This document shows, one piece after another, positions 14,101-27,382 of a stretch of 64,000 nt of DNA (position 1 is its first letter; each line of letters opens with the position of its first letter). The position numbers and the translations under genes were made by a program. The stretch comes from Pecten maximus (taxonomy: Eukaryota). The DNA lies in the NCBI RefSeq assembly GCF_902652985.1, contig NC_047020.1, positions 28,768,001 through 28,832,000 of the forward strand, given 5' to 3'. The notes beneath the pieces were generated by a model, which was not told where the DNA came from, searched no databases, and saw only the letters and a list, made by a program, of their open reading frames with translations.

Positions 14101-15329
14101 ATACCTAACATATAAATGTAACTGCATTAAAAAATAATTAACATCAAAATTCATTTCCAAATATCTCATTGTGCTGATAGTAAAATATGTATAATGGAAA
14201 TTTCGAAACAGACAAGGTCTGTATCAAACTGTGACCTATTACAATTGAATGTATGTAAATAAATAATATAGCTATTATATTTCAAAATACATGTACCCGG
14301 TATGTTTATATTTAATCAAGGTGACTTGAGATGATTTTTTTAAATTAAGTTTTGCACATGTTAAGTTAAATTACTAACAGTTGTATTATTTATTTATTTT
14401 TCCCCAGCAAAAGAGAACAAAATACAGACTGCACAGATAGTTTGATGTTAATCATGACATGCACGACAAGTATGAATATTCTACATACAGAACTATGGGT
14501 TTCATTTTTATTTTTTTTTAATGTTAAATACCTGTGTATAAGTACACATACGACACAGCACTTACCTTGAAATAAACTGGACAACTTGTTGAACATTATC
14601 ATAGGTCACTGCATTTTTGGGTTTTTTCCCTGTATTACCATGTATCCGTGGAACAGCACCATTCTTGACGAAATGGGCCCTGATGTTTTTCAAGTAATGT
14701 GCATTTATGTTATTAACATAAAGGAAACAAGCCTTGCAAACACTTGTGTTCTGGAATTGGTAGTCAAAGCGATGCCGTTTGACGTTAGTTTGACCATGTA
14801 TTCCCCTTGTCATGCCACATGCCTGGAGCTGTCCAATAATTAACATGTCCCTGCCATCTCTCTCCATTCCCTGCACATTCAATCTGTTATCTTTGATATC
14901 CATATTGGGAAATTTGGACAGACACCCCTTCTTACATTTACGCTGTGCGTCACGTTCGTCCGAGTTATTTTCGTCATCATCATCATCATCAACCTCGTTG
15001 TCATCACTACGTAGTGTGTCTTGATCAGAATCATTTTCTGTGTCCCTTTCAACGTCATTTCTGATAAAAACTCTCATCCGAGTATGCAGAATCGGCGAAT
15101 TAATAACGCTAATGCCGTTACTCACATCATCATCATCATTATCACTCTCGATGTCATAGTCAAAATCAACATCTTCATCCTGATTACCGGAGACAGAACT
15201 CACCTCTTCAGCTGTACCACTGTTTACCCGACTTGTACACGGGAAGAAATGGCTAAAATCATCGTCTATCTCACTTGCTAAATCGCTATCACATCCGACT
15301 ACGTTAAAATTTGGCGGAAGAGACATCAT
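11182..15329 (-). CDS. Sola-type DDD transposase, 7 exons, ~690 aa, no stops or frameshifts
   Basis: Exons 15329-14566, 14104-13979, 13585-13450, 13145-12895, 12664-12442, 12016-11686, 11423-11182; all GT-AG and phase-compatible, total 2073 nt. Motifs: KTDVCHKC, HYTFDYAQ, NADNCGGQNKN, YLAWRV, HARCLVDGMFG. AATAAA on the minus strand at 11061-11066. Confidence 0.88.
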
Positions 15330-17569
15330 ATACGATTTCTTGATGCGTAAGACCTAAACACTCCCATCTGCCATCTTCGTAGCGAATGTAAACAACTACG
15401 TAAATACCGGAAGTGTGTGCGGCAGAAAACGGGGAAACCCCATTCGTGTCGATATTTTTGTTGAATAAACACTTTTATTTACATTTACCGTTAATGTTAT
15501 TGAATGGAAAATTAACCGACATATCTAAAGTTTAAGGACAGGTATTTAAAATTCATCTATAACAAAGTATATCAGCTGCATTTTGTGCTTTTGCAACGCA
15601 AGTGGGATTCCCGTTTTCGCGCGAAACGGAAATAGAATGGAAATAATAACTCTGACGGAATTCCCTTTTTTCTCCGTTTTCATTGGATAGAACTTAAGGA
15701 CCTAAATGCCAGCCGGCGGCTCATATATAGACATGTCTCTCCATCGACAGACAGCTTTTACATTGTATAAAACTATTGGTACTTATCACATAAGTTACAT
15801 GCAGTTGTGGTATCAAGGTCTATTGTTATTTTGTTTGAGTGCTAATCACTTTTTATGATTCCATGACGTTTTCTTGTAGGAGATTTTCTATTATTTTCTC
15901 TATGACAAGTTGTATGGTAGTGATATCACCAAATTCCGTGATCATAAAAATGTTACCACGAGGGAGACTTTCCTCTCTCCTGAGGCCTACCTTAATTAAA
16001 CATACTAGAACGGTCATTAAATCGACAATTAAGGAAAGACCGTTATCCGGCAGTCAAGTTAATGGTAGGAATGAAGTTATGAGTATCGGATTTAAATCAT
16101 GATAACTGATTACGTTACTAAGATGATATTTAAGAACATGTATATAATGCTTAACAGTTTAGCGTTTTAATATAAAAGCATAGTTTGATAGATAATCTCT
16201 AGAGAATTAAACATGGATGAAATAAGTTAGGGTTTTTTTTTCATGGGAGAATGAGGCGGGGATCTTTCTGACCTTGCATTCTGCAATGTACTTTTACATT
16301 CGTTTTGAAGCTTTTCTTATCCATATGGACGGCTTTGATATGAGATACTCTCTTCACACGTCCCTTGGCCTGATATGAGTGTGGCACTGTCAAACTAGGG
16401 CTGGAATAACTAAATACTTGATTTGTGTATGTATTTTGTACTAAACAGTTAATGTATTCCTCCGTTCGGGATGTAAAGCTGCCTGTTGTCACTACACTAG
16501 AGGGATTCACGATAACGATAATTTGGGGTTTCTAGTCAATTTGTCACGTAACGGTGACAAGTGCGCTAAGCCTTACTTGAAATGTATTTCAGTATAAATT
16601 GTAGAAGTCACTAGTACGGAAGCCTTCAGGGACATTTTAGTAACCTTTTATTTGTCAGCATTTATTTGTTATTTGTTAGTCGTATTTGTTCAAGTGTCAT
16701 ATTAACAAATTATCAATGAAAACTATCTTGACTAAGCCCTTTAGCCTCTTACCTATGATTAATTATTTGTTTTCACTGTTTTTGTTACCGTTTATTTGTT
16801 GTTATTTATTTGCTTTTATTTATTTGTCATTATTTTATAATTACGGCAAAACTTGATAAGGCTGCCTGGAAAAAACGGACCGCTTCATCTCTAACGAAAA
16901 AGCAGAATCATTTAACTGAAATGTTACTGTTGTTCAGTTACTACGAAAGCCTCAGAGGCGAACACAGCGAGCATTTATATACAGATTTTCCAATGGGCAT
17001 TCAACATGTAGTTATTTTGATAAAACATTCAAGGGATTGATTCGGCTGTATGGTAATAAGAAGGACGACGGCCACATTGGACGGTATTATATCAGACCAA
17101 GGCGGTAGTTAAGGGGAAGTATTGATGCTGTGTCAAATTATAATGTGTTTATGTAGTAGAGTTCGCCTTGTGACATAGAATGGTATATTTCATCAGCATA
17201 TCAGAGAGACATGTTTGATTCCGAGACCTCGTGTCGCTGACGGATCAGAATGGCAGGGTTAATATAGTAACCGAGCCAGGAACTAGGACCTGTCACAACA
17301 TCCCTCACAAACTCAACTAGTTAATTAAGTTAGATGTGCATACACGCAACTCATTATTGGGGAGAATATATATTATTGCAACTGCACAATCCAATATTCT
17401 ATCGGCGCTCCAGACTCGGTATTACTAATTACCATCAGTGACAAAGCCTTAGTTTGATGGACCACAGCATCTGTTCTTATATGTAGTCGTATACATCTTT
17501 TCTGTGCCATCAAATGGTACCAAACAAAGACGTAAAGAATGAGTAACGATATAGTATACACGTACAGGT

Positions 17570-18075
17570 ATTCAGCTAAACAGTAGTACATGTACAATGT
17601 TCTATTTCTCAAATAAACAGTAGTACAACGTTGTATTTTTCAGCTAAACTGTAGTACAATGTTCTTTTTTTTCTATCAGAACAGTAGTACAGTGTTATAT
17701 TTCTCCAACTAAACAATAGTACAAAGTTCTATTTCTCAGTCTTAACAGTAGTACGATGCTCTCTTTCTCCAACTAAACTGTAGTACAATGTTCTATTTCT
17801 CTTACTAAACAGTAGTACAATGTTCTATTTCTCCAATTAAACAGTAGTACAATCTTCTATTTCTCAGTCTTAATAGTAGTACGATGCTCCCTTTCTCCAA
17901 CTAAACTGTAGTACAATGTTCTATTTCTCCAACTAAACTGTAGTACAATGTTTTATTTCTCCAACTAAACAGTAGTACAATGTTCTATTTCTCCAACTAA
18001 ACAGTAGTACAATCTTCTATTTCTCAGTCTTAACAGTAGTACAATGTTCTCGTTGTCTACCTTAACAGTATAACA
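17570..18075. repeat. ~32-bp minisatellite, about 15 degenerate copies
   Basis: Unit aaacagtagtacaatgttctatttctccaact. Confidence 0.9.
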
Positions 18076-19015
18076 ATGTTTAAAATTAGCACAATGTTCT
18101 GGTTTTCTGGCTATGATTAGACAGTAGTTTGCTTTATTCCTTAACCGGTCTTACTAGCTTTTTATCCATTACATTGTTAATAGATGTACGGATGTGTTTT
18201 GTATTGTCTTCCACTGTATACTACGGTTCTCTCCCCTTAGGAGTTTTGTTTTTGTTGCCGTTATCTCCACTTGAAACATATTGTTTCTTCTTTAATCTTT
18301 ATTACTTGTGTCATCAGAAATATATCATCATGGGAAAGTATGTGTAAGAAAAAAGTATGTGTAAGAAAAACATGCTACTAATCCTTCATTATCACACTTT
18401 GGTTTTTCCCTTTATTTCTTTTCGACCTTTCCTCATAATTTTTTTTTCATAATCTACCCAAATTTCTATCTTTACAACATATTACTTGCACACGAAATCA
18501 ATTTAGTTTTTAGCTTTAGGACTTGATACTTAATAGTCTCCCGTGTAGAACTTTATCTTCCAGAACATCCATTTCCCCGTCATTCCTTAAAATGTCGGTC
18601 CATTCGTCCATTAACTTATAAGTAACGTGAAAACGTTCATGTCAACGATAAGTCAGTCTGTATCTAATAACTTGTCTATCTCCAGAACATTACAAGTCTA
18701 CTTCGTAGTCATCTTTCTGTGGTTTTACACCCAGCACTTGTCATATTAACAAGTACACAGTTCCCGAATCTTATCAAGTAAATAGAACGGTTATATTAGC
18801 CGTTATCTAAGACAGAAGCATGTTCATTTCAGGAAGTCTCCCATTATCCTAAGATTTGAATGTCCATTATACTAAAGACCACAATATCGATAAGCTCAAC
18901 ATATCTCCCGGAAGTTTCTTTATCTGGGATTGGACCCTAGAATTGAACCATTGGCGGAGAATCGATCTGTGTGAACTTGTCGTTCCGATCGTTGTGCTCG
19001 GTGTTTACCCATTTG

Positions 19016-19755
19016 CAACAGACAGGGTCATATGAGGACGGGTGTCAAGGAGACACCAACAGACAGGTTCATGTGAGGACGGATGTCAAGGAGACACCAA
19101 CAGACATGGTCATATGAGGACGGGTGTCAAGGAGACACCAACAGACAGGTTCATATAAGGATGGGTGTCAAGGAGACACCAACAGACAGGGTCATATGAA
19201 GACGGATGTCAAGGAGACACCAACAGACATGGTCATATGAGGACGGGTGTCAAGGAGACACCAACAGACAGGTTCATATAAGGATGGGTGTCAAGGAGAC
19301 ACCAACAGACAGGTTCATATGAGGACGGGTGTCAAGGAAACGCCAGCAGACAGATTCATGTGAGGACGGATGTCAAGGGGACACCAACAGACAGGTTCAT
19401 ATGAGGATGGGTGTCAAGGGGACACTTACAGACAGGTTCATGTGAGGGCGGATGTCAAGGAGACACCAACAGACAGGTTCAAATGAGGATGGGTGTCAAG
19501 GAGACACCAGCAGACAGATTCATATGAGGACGGGTGTCAAGAGGACACTTACAGATAGGTTCATGTGAGGACGGATGTCAAGGAAACGCCAGCAGACAGA
19601 TTCATGTGAAGACGGATGTCAAGGAGACACCAGCAGACAGATTCATGTGAGGACGGATGTCAAGGAGACACCAACAGGGTCATATGAGGACGGGTGTCAA
19701 GGAGACACCAACAGGGTCTTATGAGGACGGATGTCAAGGAGACACAAACAAGACC
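19016..19755 (+). repeat. 41-bp minisatellite (last units 37 bp), ~18 copies
   Basis: Unit gagacaccaacagacaggttcatatgaggacgggtgtcaag; reverse complement of the neighbouring array plus a 4-nt insertion. Confidence 0.93.
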
Positions 19756-19903
19756 CCTGAAAAATTGAGGATTTTCTTCCGGGTCTTTTATTTAGAGAGC
19801 ATTGATGAGACCAAAATAGATCTTCTGACACCATTAAACACTTAGTATGTTAAATCGATCCTCACTACTCGGTCTTTCTGTGCATTGTTTTCCTACTCTA
19901 TGT

Positions 19904-22470
19904 CTCTCCTTGACATCCGTCCTCATAAGACCCTGTTGGTGTCTCCTTGACATCCGTCCTCATAAGACCCTGTTGGTGTCTCCTTGACATCCATCCTCAT
20001 AAGACCCTGTTGGTGTCTCCTTGACACCCGTCCTCATATGACCCTGTTGGTGTCTCCTTGACACCCGTCCTCATAAGACCCTGTTGGTGTCTCCTTGACA
20101 TCCGTCCTCATAAGACCCTGTTGTTGTCTCCTTGACATCCGTCCTCATAAGACCCTGTTGGTGTCTCCTTGACACCCGTCCTCATATGAGGACGGGTGTC
20201 TCCTTGACATCCGTCCTCGTATGACCCTGTTGGTGTCTCCTTGACATCCGTCCTCATAAGACCCTGTTGGTATCTTCTTGACACCCGTCCTCATATGACC
20301 CTGTTGGTGTCTCCTTGACACCCGTCCTCATATGACCCTGTTGGTGTCTCCTTGACACCCCACCTCATATGACTCTGTAGGTGTCTCCTTCACACCCCAC
20401 CTCATAAGACCCTGTTGGTGTCTCCTTGTCATCCGTCCTCACAAGACCCTGTTGGTGTCTCCTTGACACCCATCCTCATATGACCCTGTTGGTGTCTCCT
20501 TGACATCCGTCCTCATAAGACCCTGTTGGTGTCTCCTTGACATCTGTCCTCATAAGACCCTGTTGGTGTGTCCTTGACACCCCACCTCATATGACCCTGT
20601 TGGTGTCTCCTTGACATCCGTCCTCATATGACCCTGTTGGTGTCTCCTTGACATCCGTCCTCATAAGACCCTGTTGGTGTCTCCTTGACATCCGTCCTCA
20701 TATGACCCTGTTGTTGTCTCCTTGACATCCGTCCTCATATGACCCTGTTGTTGTCTCCTTGACATCCGTCCTCATATGACCCTGTTGGTGTCTCCTTGAC
20801 ATCCGTCCTCATATGACCCTGTTGTTGTCTCCTTGACACCCGTCCTCATATTGCCCAGTTGGTGTCTCCTTGACACCCGTCCTCATATTGCCCAGTTGGT
20901 GTCTTCTTGACACCTTCTTCATATGGCCCAGTTGGTGTCTCCTTGACACCGTCCTCTTACGACATTGTTGGTGTCTCCTTGACATCCGTCCTCATATGAC
21001 CCTGTTGGTGTCTCCTTGACATCCGTCCTCATAAGACCCTGTTGGTGTCTCCTTGATATCCGTCCTCATAAGACCCTGTTGGTGTCTCCTTGACACCCGT
21101 CCTCATATGACCCTGTTGGTGTCTCCTTGACACCCGTCCTCACAAGACCCTGTTGGTGTCTCCTTGACACCCGTCCTCATATGACCCTGTTGGTGTCTCC
21201 TTGACATCCGTCCTCATAAGACCCTGTTGGTGTCTCCTTGACATCCGTCCTCATAAGACCCTGTTGGTGTCTCCTTGACACCCCACCTCATATGACCCTG
21301 TTGGTGTCTCCTTGACACCCCACCTCATATGACCCTGTTGGTGTCACATTGACCTCTTCCTCATATGACCCTGTTGTTGTTTCCTTGACACCTTCCTCAT
21401 ATGACCCAGTTGGTGTCTCCTTGACATCCGTCCTCATATGACCCTGTTGGTGTCTCCTTGACATCCGTCCTCATATGACCCAGTTGTTGTCTCCTTGACA
21501 TCCGTCCTCATATGACCCTGTTGTTGTCTCCTTGACATCCGTCCTCATATGACCCTGTTGTTGTCTCCTTGACATCCGTCCTCATATGACCCTGTTGTTG
21601 TCTCCTTGACACCCGTCCTCATATTGCCCAGTTGGTGTCTCCTTGACACCCGTCCTCATATTGCCCAGTTGGTGTCTCCTTGACACCTTCTTCATATGGC
21701 CCAGTTGGTGTCTCCTTGACACCGTCCTCTTACGACATTGTTGGTGTCTCCTTGACATCCGTCCTCATAAGACCCTGTTGGTGTCTCCTTGACATCCGTC
21801 CTCATAAGACCCTGTTGGTGTCTCCTTGACATCCGTCCTCATAAGACCCTGTTGGTGTCTCCTTGACACCCGTCCTCATATGACCCTGTTGGTGTCTCCT
21901 TGACACCCGTCCTCACAAGACCCTGTTGGTGTCTCCTTGACATCCGTCCTCATAAGACCCTGTTGGTGTCTCCTTGACACCCCACCTCATATGACCCTGT
22001 TGGTGTCTCCTTGACACCCCACCTCATATGACCCTGTTGGTGTCTCCTTGACACCCGTCCTCATATGACCCTGTTGGTGTCACATTGACCTCTTCCTCAT
22101 ATGACCCTGTTGTTGTTTCCTTGACATCTTCCTCATATGACCCAGTTGGTGTCTCCTTGACATCCGTCCTCATATGACCCTGTTGGTGTCTCCTTGACAT
22201 CCGTCCTCATATGACCCTGTTGTTGTCTCCTTGACATCCGTCCTCATATGACCCTGTTGTTGTCTCCTTGACACCCGTCCTCATATTGCCCAGTTGGTGT
22301 CTCCTTGACACCCGTCCTCATATTGCCCAGTTGTTGTCTCCTTGACACCGTCCTCTTACGACATTGTTGGTGTCTCCTTGACATCCGTCCTCATATGACC
22401 CTGTTGTTGTCTCCTTGACACGCGTCCTCATATTGCCCAGTTGGTGTCTCCTTGACACATGTCCTTATAA
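19904..22470 (-). repeat. 37-bp minisatellite, ~69 copies, inverted relative to 19016-19755
   Basis: Unit gtctccttgacatccgtcctcatatgaccctgttggt; variant blocks recur (ttacgacattg near 20957, 21730, 22356). Confidence 0.95.
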
Positions 22471-24156
22471 GTCTCATTCAGTGGCAGACCTCAAAAGCTG
22501 AAATGCCCACCAGATAATCTAACCATTGAGTGGTAAACCTCATGAGCTAAAAAGTCAACTAGAATGTCTCACCATTGTGTGGCCAACCCTGGAGGACTAA
22601 CAAGGCATCACACAATACTAATCACGAATGTTTATTTATAGCAACAGTGACCTCAATTTTGACTCAAGGCAGTTGAATTGAATTACACACTTGCACAAGA
22701 GATGATGGTTGTGAGTAAATGTATGATTAATGAAGTTACTTGAGCGAAGACATGAAACTATATTTATAGTAACAGTGACCTCAATTTTGTCTGCATGTGT
22801 TTGAAATGCTAACTTGTAGAAGAGATAATGGTTGTAAGTGTATGAAGAAGTTGGATCAAGGAAGTCGAAAACCAGTAGTAATGGTGACCTCAATTATGAC
22901 TGCATGTGGTTGAAATGCAAACTTGTAGAAGTCATGATGGTTTTGAGTAAGTGTATGAAGTTTTAGAACAATTGGATAATCAATCAAGTCAGTAAATCAA
23001 GGACATCAAAAAATTACCGATAGTAACAGTGACCACAATTTTGAATTACTAAGTGAAAGAAACGTTATCGTGACTGTATAACGGCAAAACTACAAGTGAC
23101 AGAACGAAACATTACATATATATTTTCATGTATTGACCAGTCTTCACACTAAACTGATGAGCGACAGAGCGGACTTATAATGATTATATAATGTTGACAA
23201 ATATTGACCAAACTTTTCACCAAAAATGATAACTTGCTTAATTTTTTCGTGGTCCCGTCGACTTTGAGTTAACAAAGTTCCACTGTATGTGGTTGAAAGG
23301 CAAAATCTTAATGAAAAAAAAGGTTGTGAGTAAGTGTATGCAGTTTCAGGGCAATTGGATAATTAATGATGTCAGTAGAGTGACAATGCCAAAAACTTAT
23401 ACTTACAATGATCTCAAATGACCTCAGGTCCTTGAAATGCCAACTTGTACAAGAGGTGATAGTTGTAAGTGTATGATGTTTCAGGACAATCGTATAATAA
23501 ATGTATGAAATATTTGTTTTAAAGAAGTTTTTAAGTTCATTGGCACAAAATAAAATCTCCATCATATGGGGATGCTTCAGTATAAAATGTCATTTACATC
23601 TAACAGGATTAGTCACATCAGGATTAGCATCAAACATTCCACTTTTGGACTTTGCCAGGAAGGTCTTGAGACAGGCGCCACTGTATGAAATCATTTTGTT
23701 CTTTATCCAGGTAAGATATAACATAACAATCAATGAAAGTGATGTTTTGTTTAATTTTCTTTTCATTATTAGTTTGAAAATAAATACAATAGCAATATTT
23801 CATTCCAATATCAAATCAATTCAAATTACAGAAATGACATTAAAATCACTACAAACAATTTACATGTACAATGATTTTCCCCCATAACTCCACAATTATT
23901 TCCATTCTTTTCTTTAATCATGATCAATATTACAAAATGCAATAAAACATTTATTCACCAAATATTAGTTTTGCAATACGAATGATTTTCAAACTTTGTT
24001 AAAATGATCCCTATAATTACAAATGTATGTCACAAAAGTACTTTTTACTGGTCTGAGGATTACAGTATCAGTAATCTATGACTAAGTAGTCACTGATTTA
24101 TAGCACTATTAGCAGCATCACTTAACCTCTGTAATGCCCATTATTAATTATATAAC

Positions 24157-26500
24157 TGTACAACACTGATCAGACTTATCTATACAACACTGTTCAGACT
24201 TATCTTTACAACACTGTTCAGACTAATCTATACAACACTGTTCAGACTTATCTATACAACACTGTTCAGACTAATCTGTATAACACTGTTCAGACTTATC
24301 TATACAACCCTGTTCAGACTAATCCATACAACACTGTTCAGACAACTCTGTACAACACTGATCAGACTTATCTATACAACACTGTTCAGACTACTCTATA
24401 CAACACTGTTCAGACTAATCTATACAACACTGTTCAGACTTATCTATACAACACTGTTCAGACTTATCTATACAACACTGTTCAGACTTATCTATACAAC
24501 ACTGTTCAGACTTATCCATACAATACTGTTCAGACTAATCTATACAACACTGTTCAGACTTATCTATACAACACTGTTCAGACTTATCTATACAACACTG
24601 TTCAGACTTATCTATACAACACTGTTCAGACAACTCTATACAACACTGTCCAGACTAATCTACAACACTGTTCAGACTAATCCATACAACACTGTTCAGT
24701 CTAATCTATACAACACTGTTCAGACTTATCTACAACACTGTTCAGACTTATCTATACAACACTGTTCAGACAACTCTGTACAACACTGTTCAGACTAATC
24801 TACAACACTGTTCAGACTTATCTATACAACACTGTTCAGTCTAATCTATACAACACTGTTCAGACTTATCTACAACACTGTTCAGACTTATCTATACAAC
24901 ACTGTTCAGACTTATCTATACAACACTGTTCAGACTACTCTGTACAACACTGTTCAGACTAATCTGTACAACACTGTTCAGACTAATCTATACAACACTG
25001 TTCAGACTAATCTATACAACACTGTTCAGACTTATCTATACAACATTGTTCAGACTTATCTATACAACACTGTTCAGACTTATCTGTACAACACTGTTCA
25101 GACTTATCTATACAACACTGTTCAGACTTATCTATACAACACTGTTCAGACTTATCTGTACAACACTGTTCAGACTTATCCATACAACACTGTTCAGACT
25201 AATCTATACAACACTGTTCAGACTTATCTACAACACTGTTCAGACTTATCTATACAACACTGTTCAGACTTATCTATACAACACTGTTCAGACTACTCTG
25301 TACAACACTGTTCAGACTAATCTGTACAACACTGTTCAGACTAATCTGTACAACACTGTTCAGACTTATCTATACAACACTGTTCAGACTAATCTGTACA
25401 ACACTGTTCAGACTTATCTATACAACACTGTTCAGACTTATCTATACAACACTGTTCAGACTTATCTGTACAACACTGTTCAGACTTATCTATACAACAC
25501 TGTTCAGACTAATCTGTACAACACTGTTCAGACTTATCTACAACACTGTTCAGACTTATCTATACAACACTGTTCAGACTTATCTGTACAACACTGTTCA
25601 GACTTATCTATACAACACTGTTCAGACTTATCTATACAACACTGTTCAGACTTATCTATACAACACTGTTCAGACTTATCTGTACAACACTGTTCAGACT
25701 TATCTATACAACACTGTTCAGACTTATCTGTACAACACTGTTCAGACTAATCTATACAACACTGTTAAGTCTAATCTATACAACACTGTTCAGACTTATC
25801 CATACAACACTGTTCAGACTTATCCATACAACACTGTTCAGACTTATCTATACAACACTGTTCAGACTTATCTATACAACACTGTTCAGACTTATATGTA
25901 CAACACTGTTCAGACTTATCTACAACACTGTTCAGACTTATCTATACAACACTGTTCAGACTTATCTATACAACACTGTTCAGACAAATCTATACAACAC
26001 TGTTCAGACTTATCTATACAACACTGTTCAGACTTATCTATACAACACTGTTCAGACTAATCTATACAACCCTGTTCAGACTTATCTATACAACACTGTT
26101 CAGACTTATCTATACAACACTGTTCAGACTTATCTATACAACACTGTTCAGACTTATCTGTACAACACTGTTCAGACTTATCTATACAACACTGTTCAGA
26201 CTAATCTGTACAACACTGTTCAGACTAATCTATACAACACTGTTAAGTCTAATCTATACAACACTGTTCAGACTTATCTATACAACACTGTTCAGACTTA
26301 TCTATACAACACTGTTCAGACTAATCTGTACAACACTGTTAAGTCTAATCTATACAACACTGTTCAGACTTATCTATACAACACTGTTCAGACTTATCTA
26401 TACAACACTGTTCAGACTTATCTATACAACACTGTTCAGACTTATCTATACAACACTGTTCAGACAACTCTGTACAACACTGTTCAGAATAATTTGTATA
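24157..26500. repeat. 24-bp minisatellite, ~97 copies
   Basis: Unit tacaacactgttcagacttatcta with occasional 22-bp variants. Confidence 0.96.
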
Positions 26501-26849
26501 ACACAGATTTCTGCACACCATCATAATGTATAAATATACTACATTGTATATACACTTCATTGCTTCTTTGTACATTTTATATACATTTCTGTTCTTTGTG
26601 AACGTCTATGGAATCTCTTTATAATGTTGTCAAATATACTACATTGAGTATGTACAAAAAAGTTACAATACTTCAACATCACAGCCAACAGTTTTTTTTT
26701 ATATAAAGTGCACACCATTGTATATGACCCTTATACTGGCAAATTTTGCATTGTACATTTAATACATGAAGTTCAGCTGTTTATAAACACTGTGGTTCAA
26801 TCTGTGTGCTAAGAGAATGTATGGTATGATTCAATATTTTAGGGTGGCA

Positions 26850-27382
26850 TATATGGTGACCTGCACACTGTATGGTTCAGTTGTCATGGTGAAAGGCGGC
26901 CTGTATGTTGACCAGTAGCCTGTACGGTTCATTTCTCCTATTGGAGGACAGCCTGTATGGTGACCTTAAGACTGTATGGTTCAGTTTTTTTTGGTGTATG
27001 GTGGCCTTTATGGTGATCTGTAGACTGTATGGTTAAGTTGTCTCTTTGAAGGGCCACCTGTATGTTGACCAGTAGCCTGTATGGTTTAGTTGTCATGGTG
27101 TAGGGTGGCCTGTATAGTGACCTGTAGGATGTATGGTTAAGTGTCCCTATTGGAGGGCAGCCTGTATGGTGACCTGTAGGATGTATGGTTCAGTGTCCCT
27201 ATTGGAGGGCAGCCTGTATGGTGACCTGTAGGATGTATGGTTCAGTGTCCCTATTGGAGGGCAGCCTGTATGGTGACCTGTAGGATGTATGGTTCAGTGT
27301 CCCTATTGGAGGGCAGCCTGTATGGTGACCTGTAGAATGTATGGTTCAGTGTCCCTATTGGAGGGCAGCCTGAATGGTGACC
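26850..27382. repeat. 52-bp tandem repeat overlapping the FAM114A2 stop codon and proximal 3' UTR, ~10 copies
   Basis: Minus-strand unit gtcaccatacaggctgccctccaatagggacactgaaccatacatcctacag; the first copy encodes VTIQAALQ*; copies diverge with distance from the gene. Confidence 0.9.

Larger units (their letters stand above)
10215..15722 (-). mobile_element. Full-length Sola-superfamily DNA transposon (most like Sola2), 5508 bp
   Basis: Perfect 30-bp TIRs gagccgccggctggcatttaggtccttaag (10215-10244) and its reverse complement (15693-15722); 4-bp ATAT duplication at 10211-14 and 15723-26; GAG...CTC termini; encloses a spliced DDD transposase. Confidence 0.9.

Noticed and set aside
16241-16510. 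89-aa ORF as a possible exon
   Set aside because: No recognisable domain or convincing splice partners.
22636-23490. Degenerate ~110-140-bp repeats (tagtaacagtgacctcaatt)
   Set aside because: Probably decayed element cores; ends cannot be defined.
25046-25750. 234-aa repetitive ORF
   Set aside because: Translation of the 24-bp minisatellite through shifting frames.
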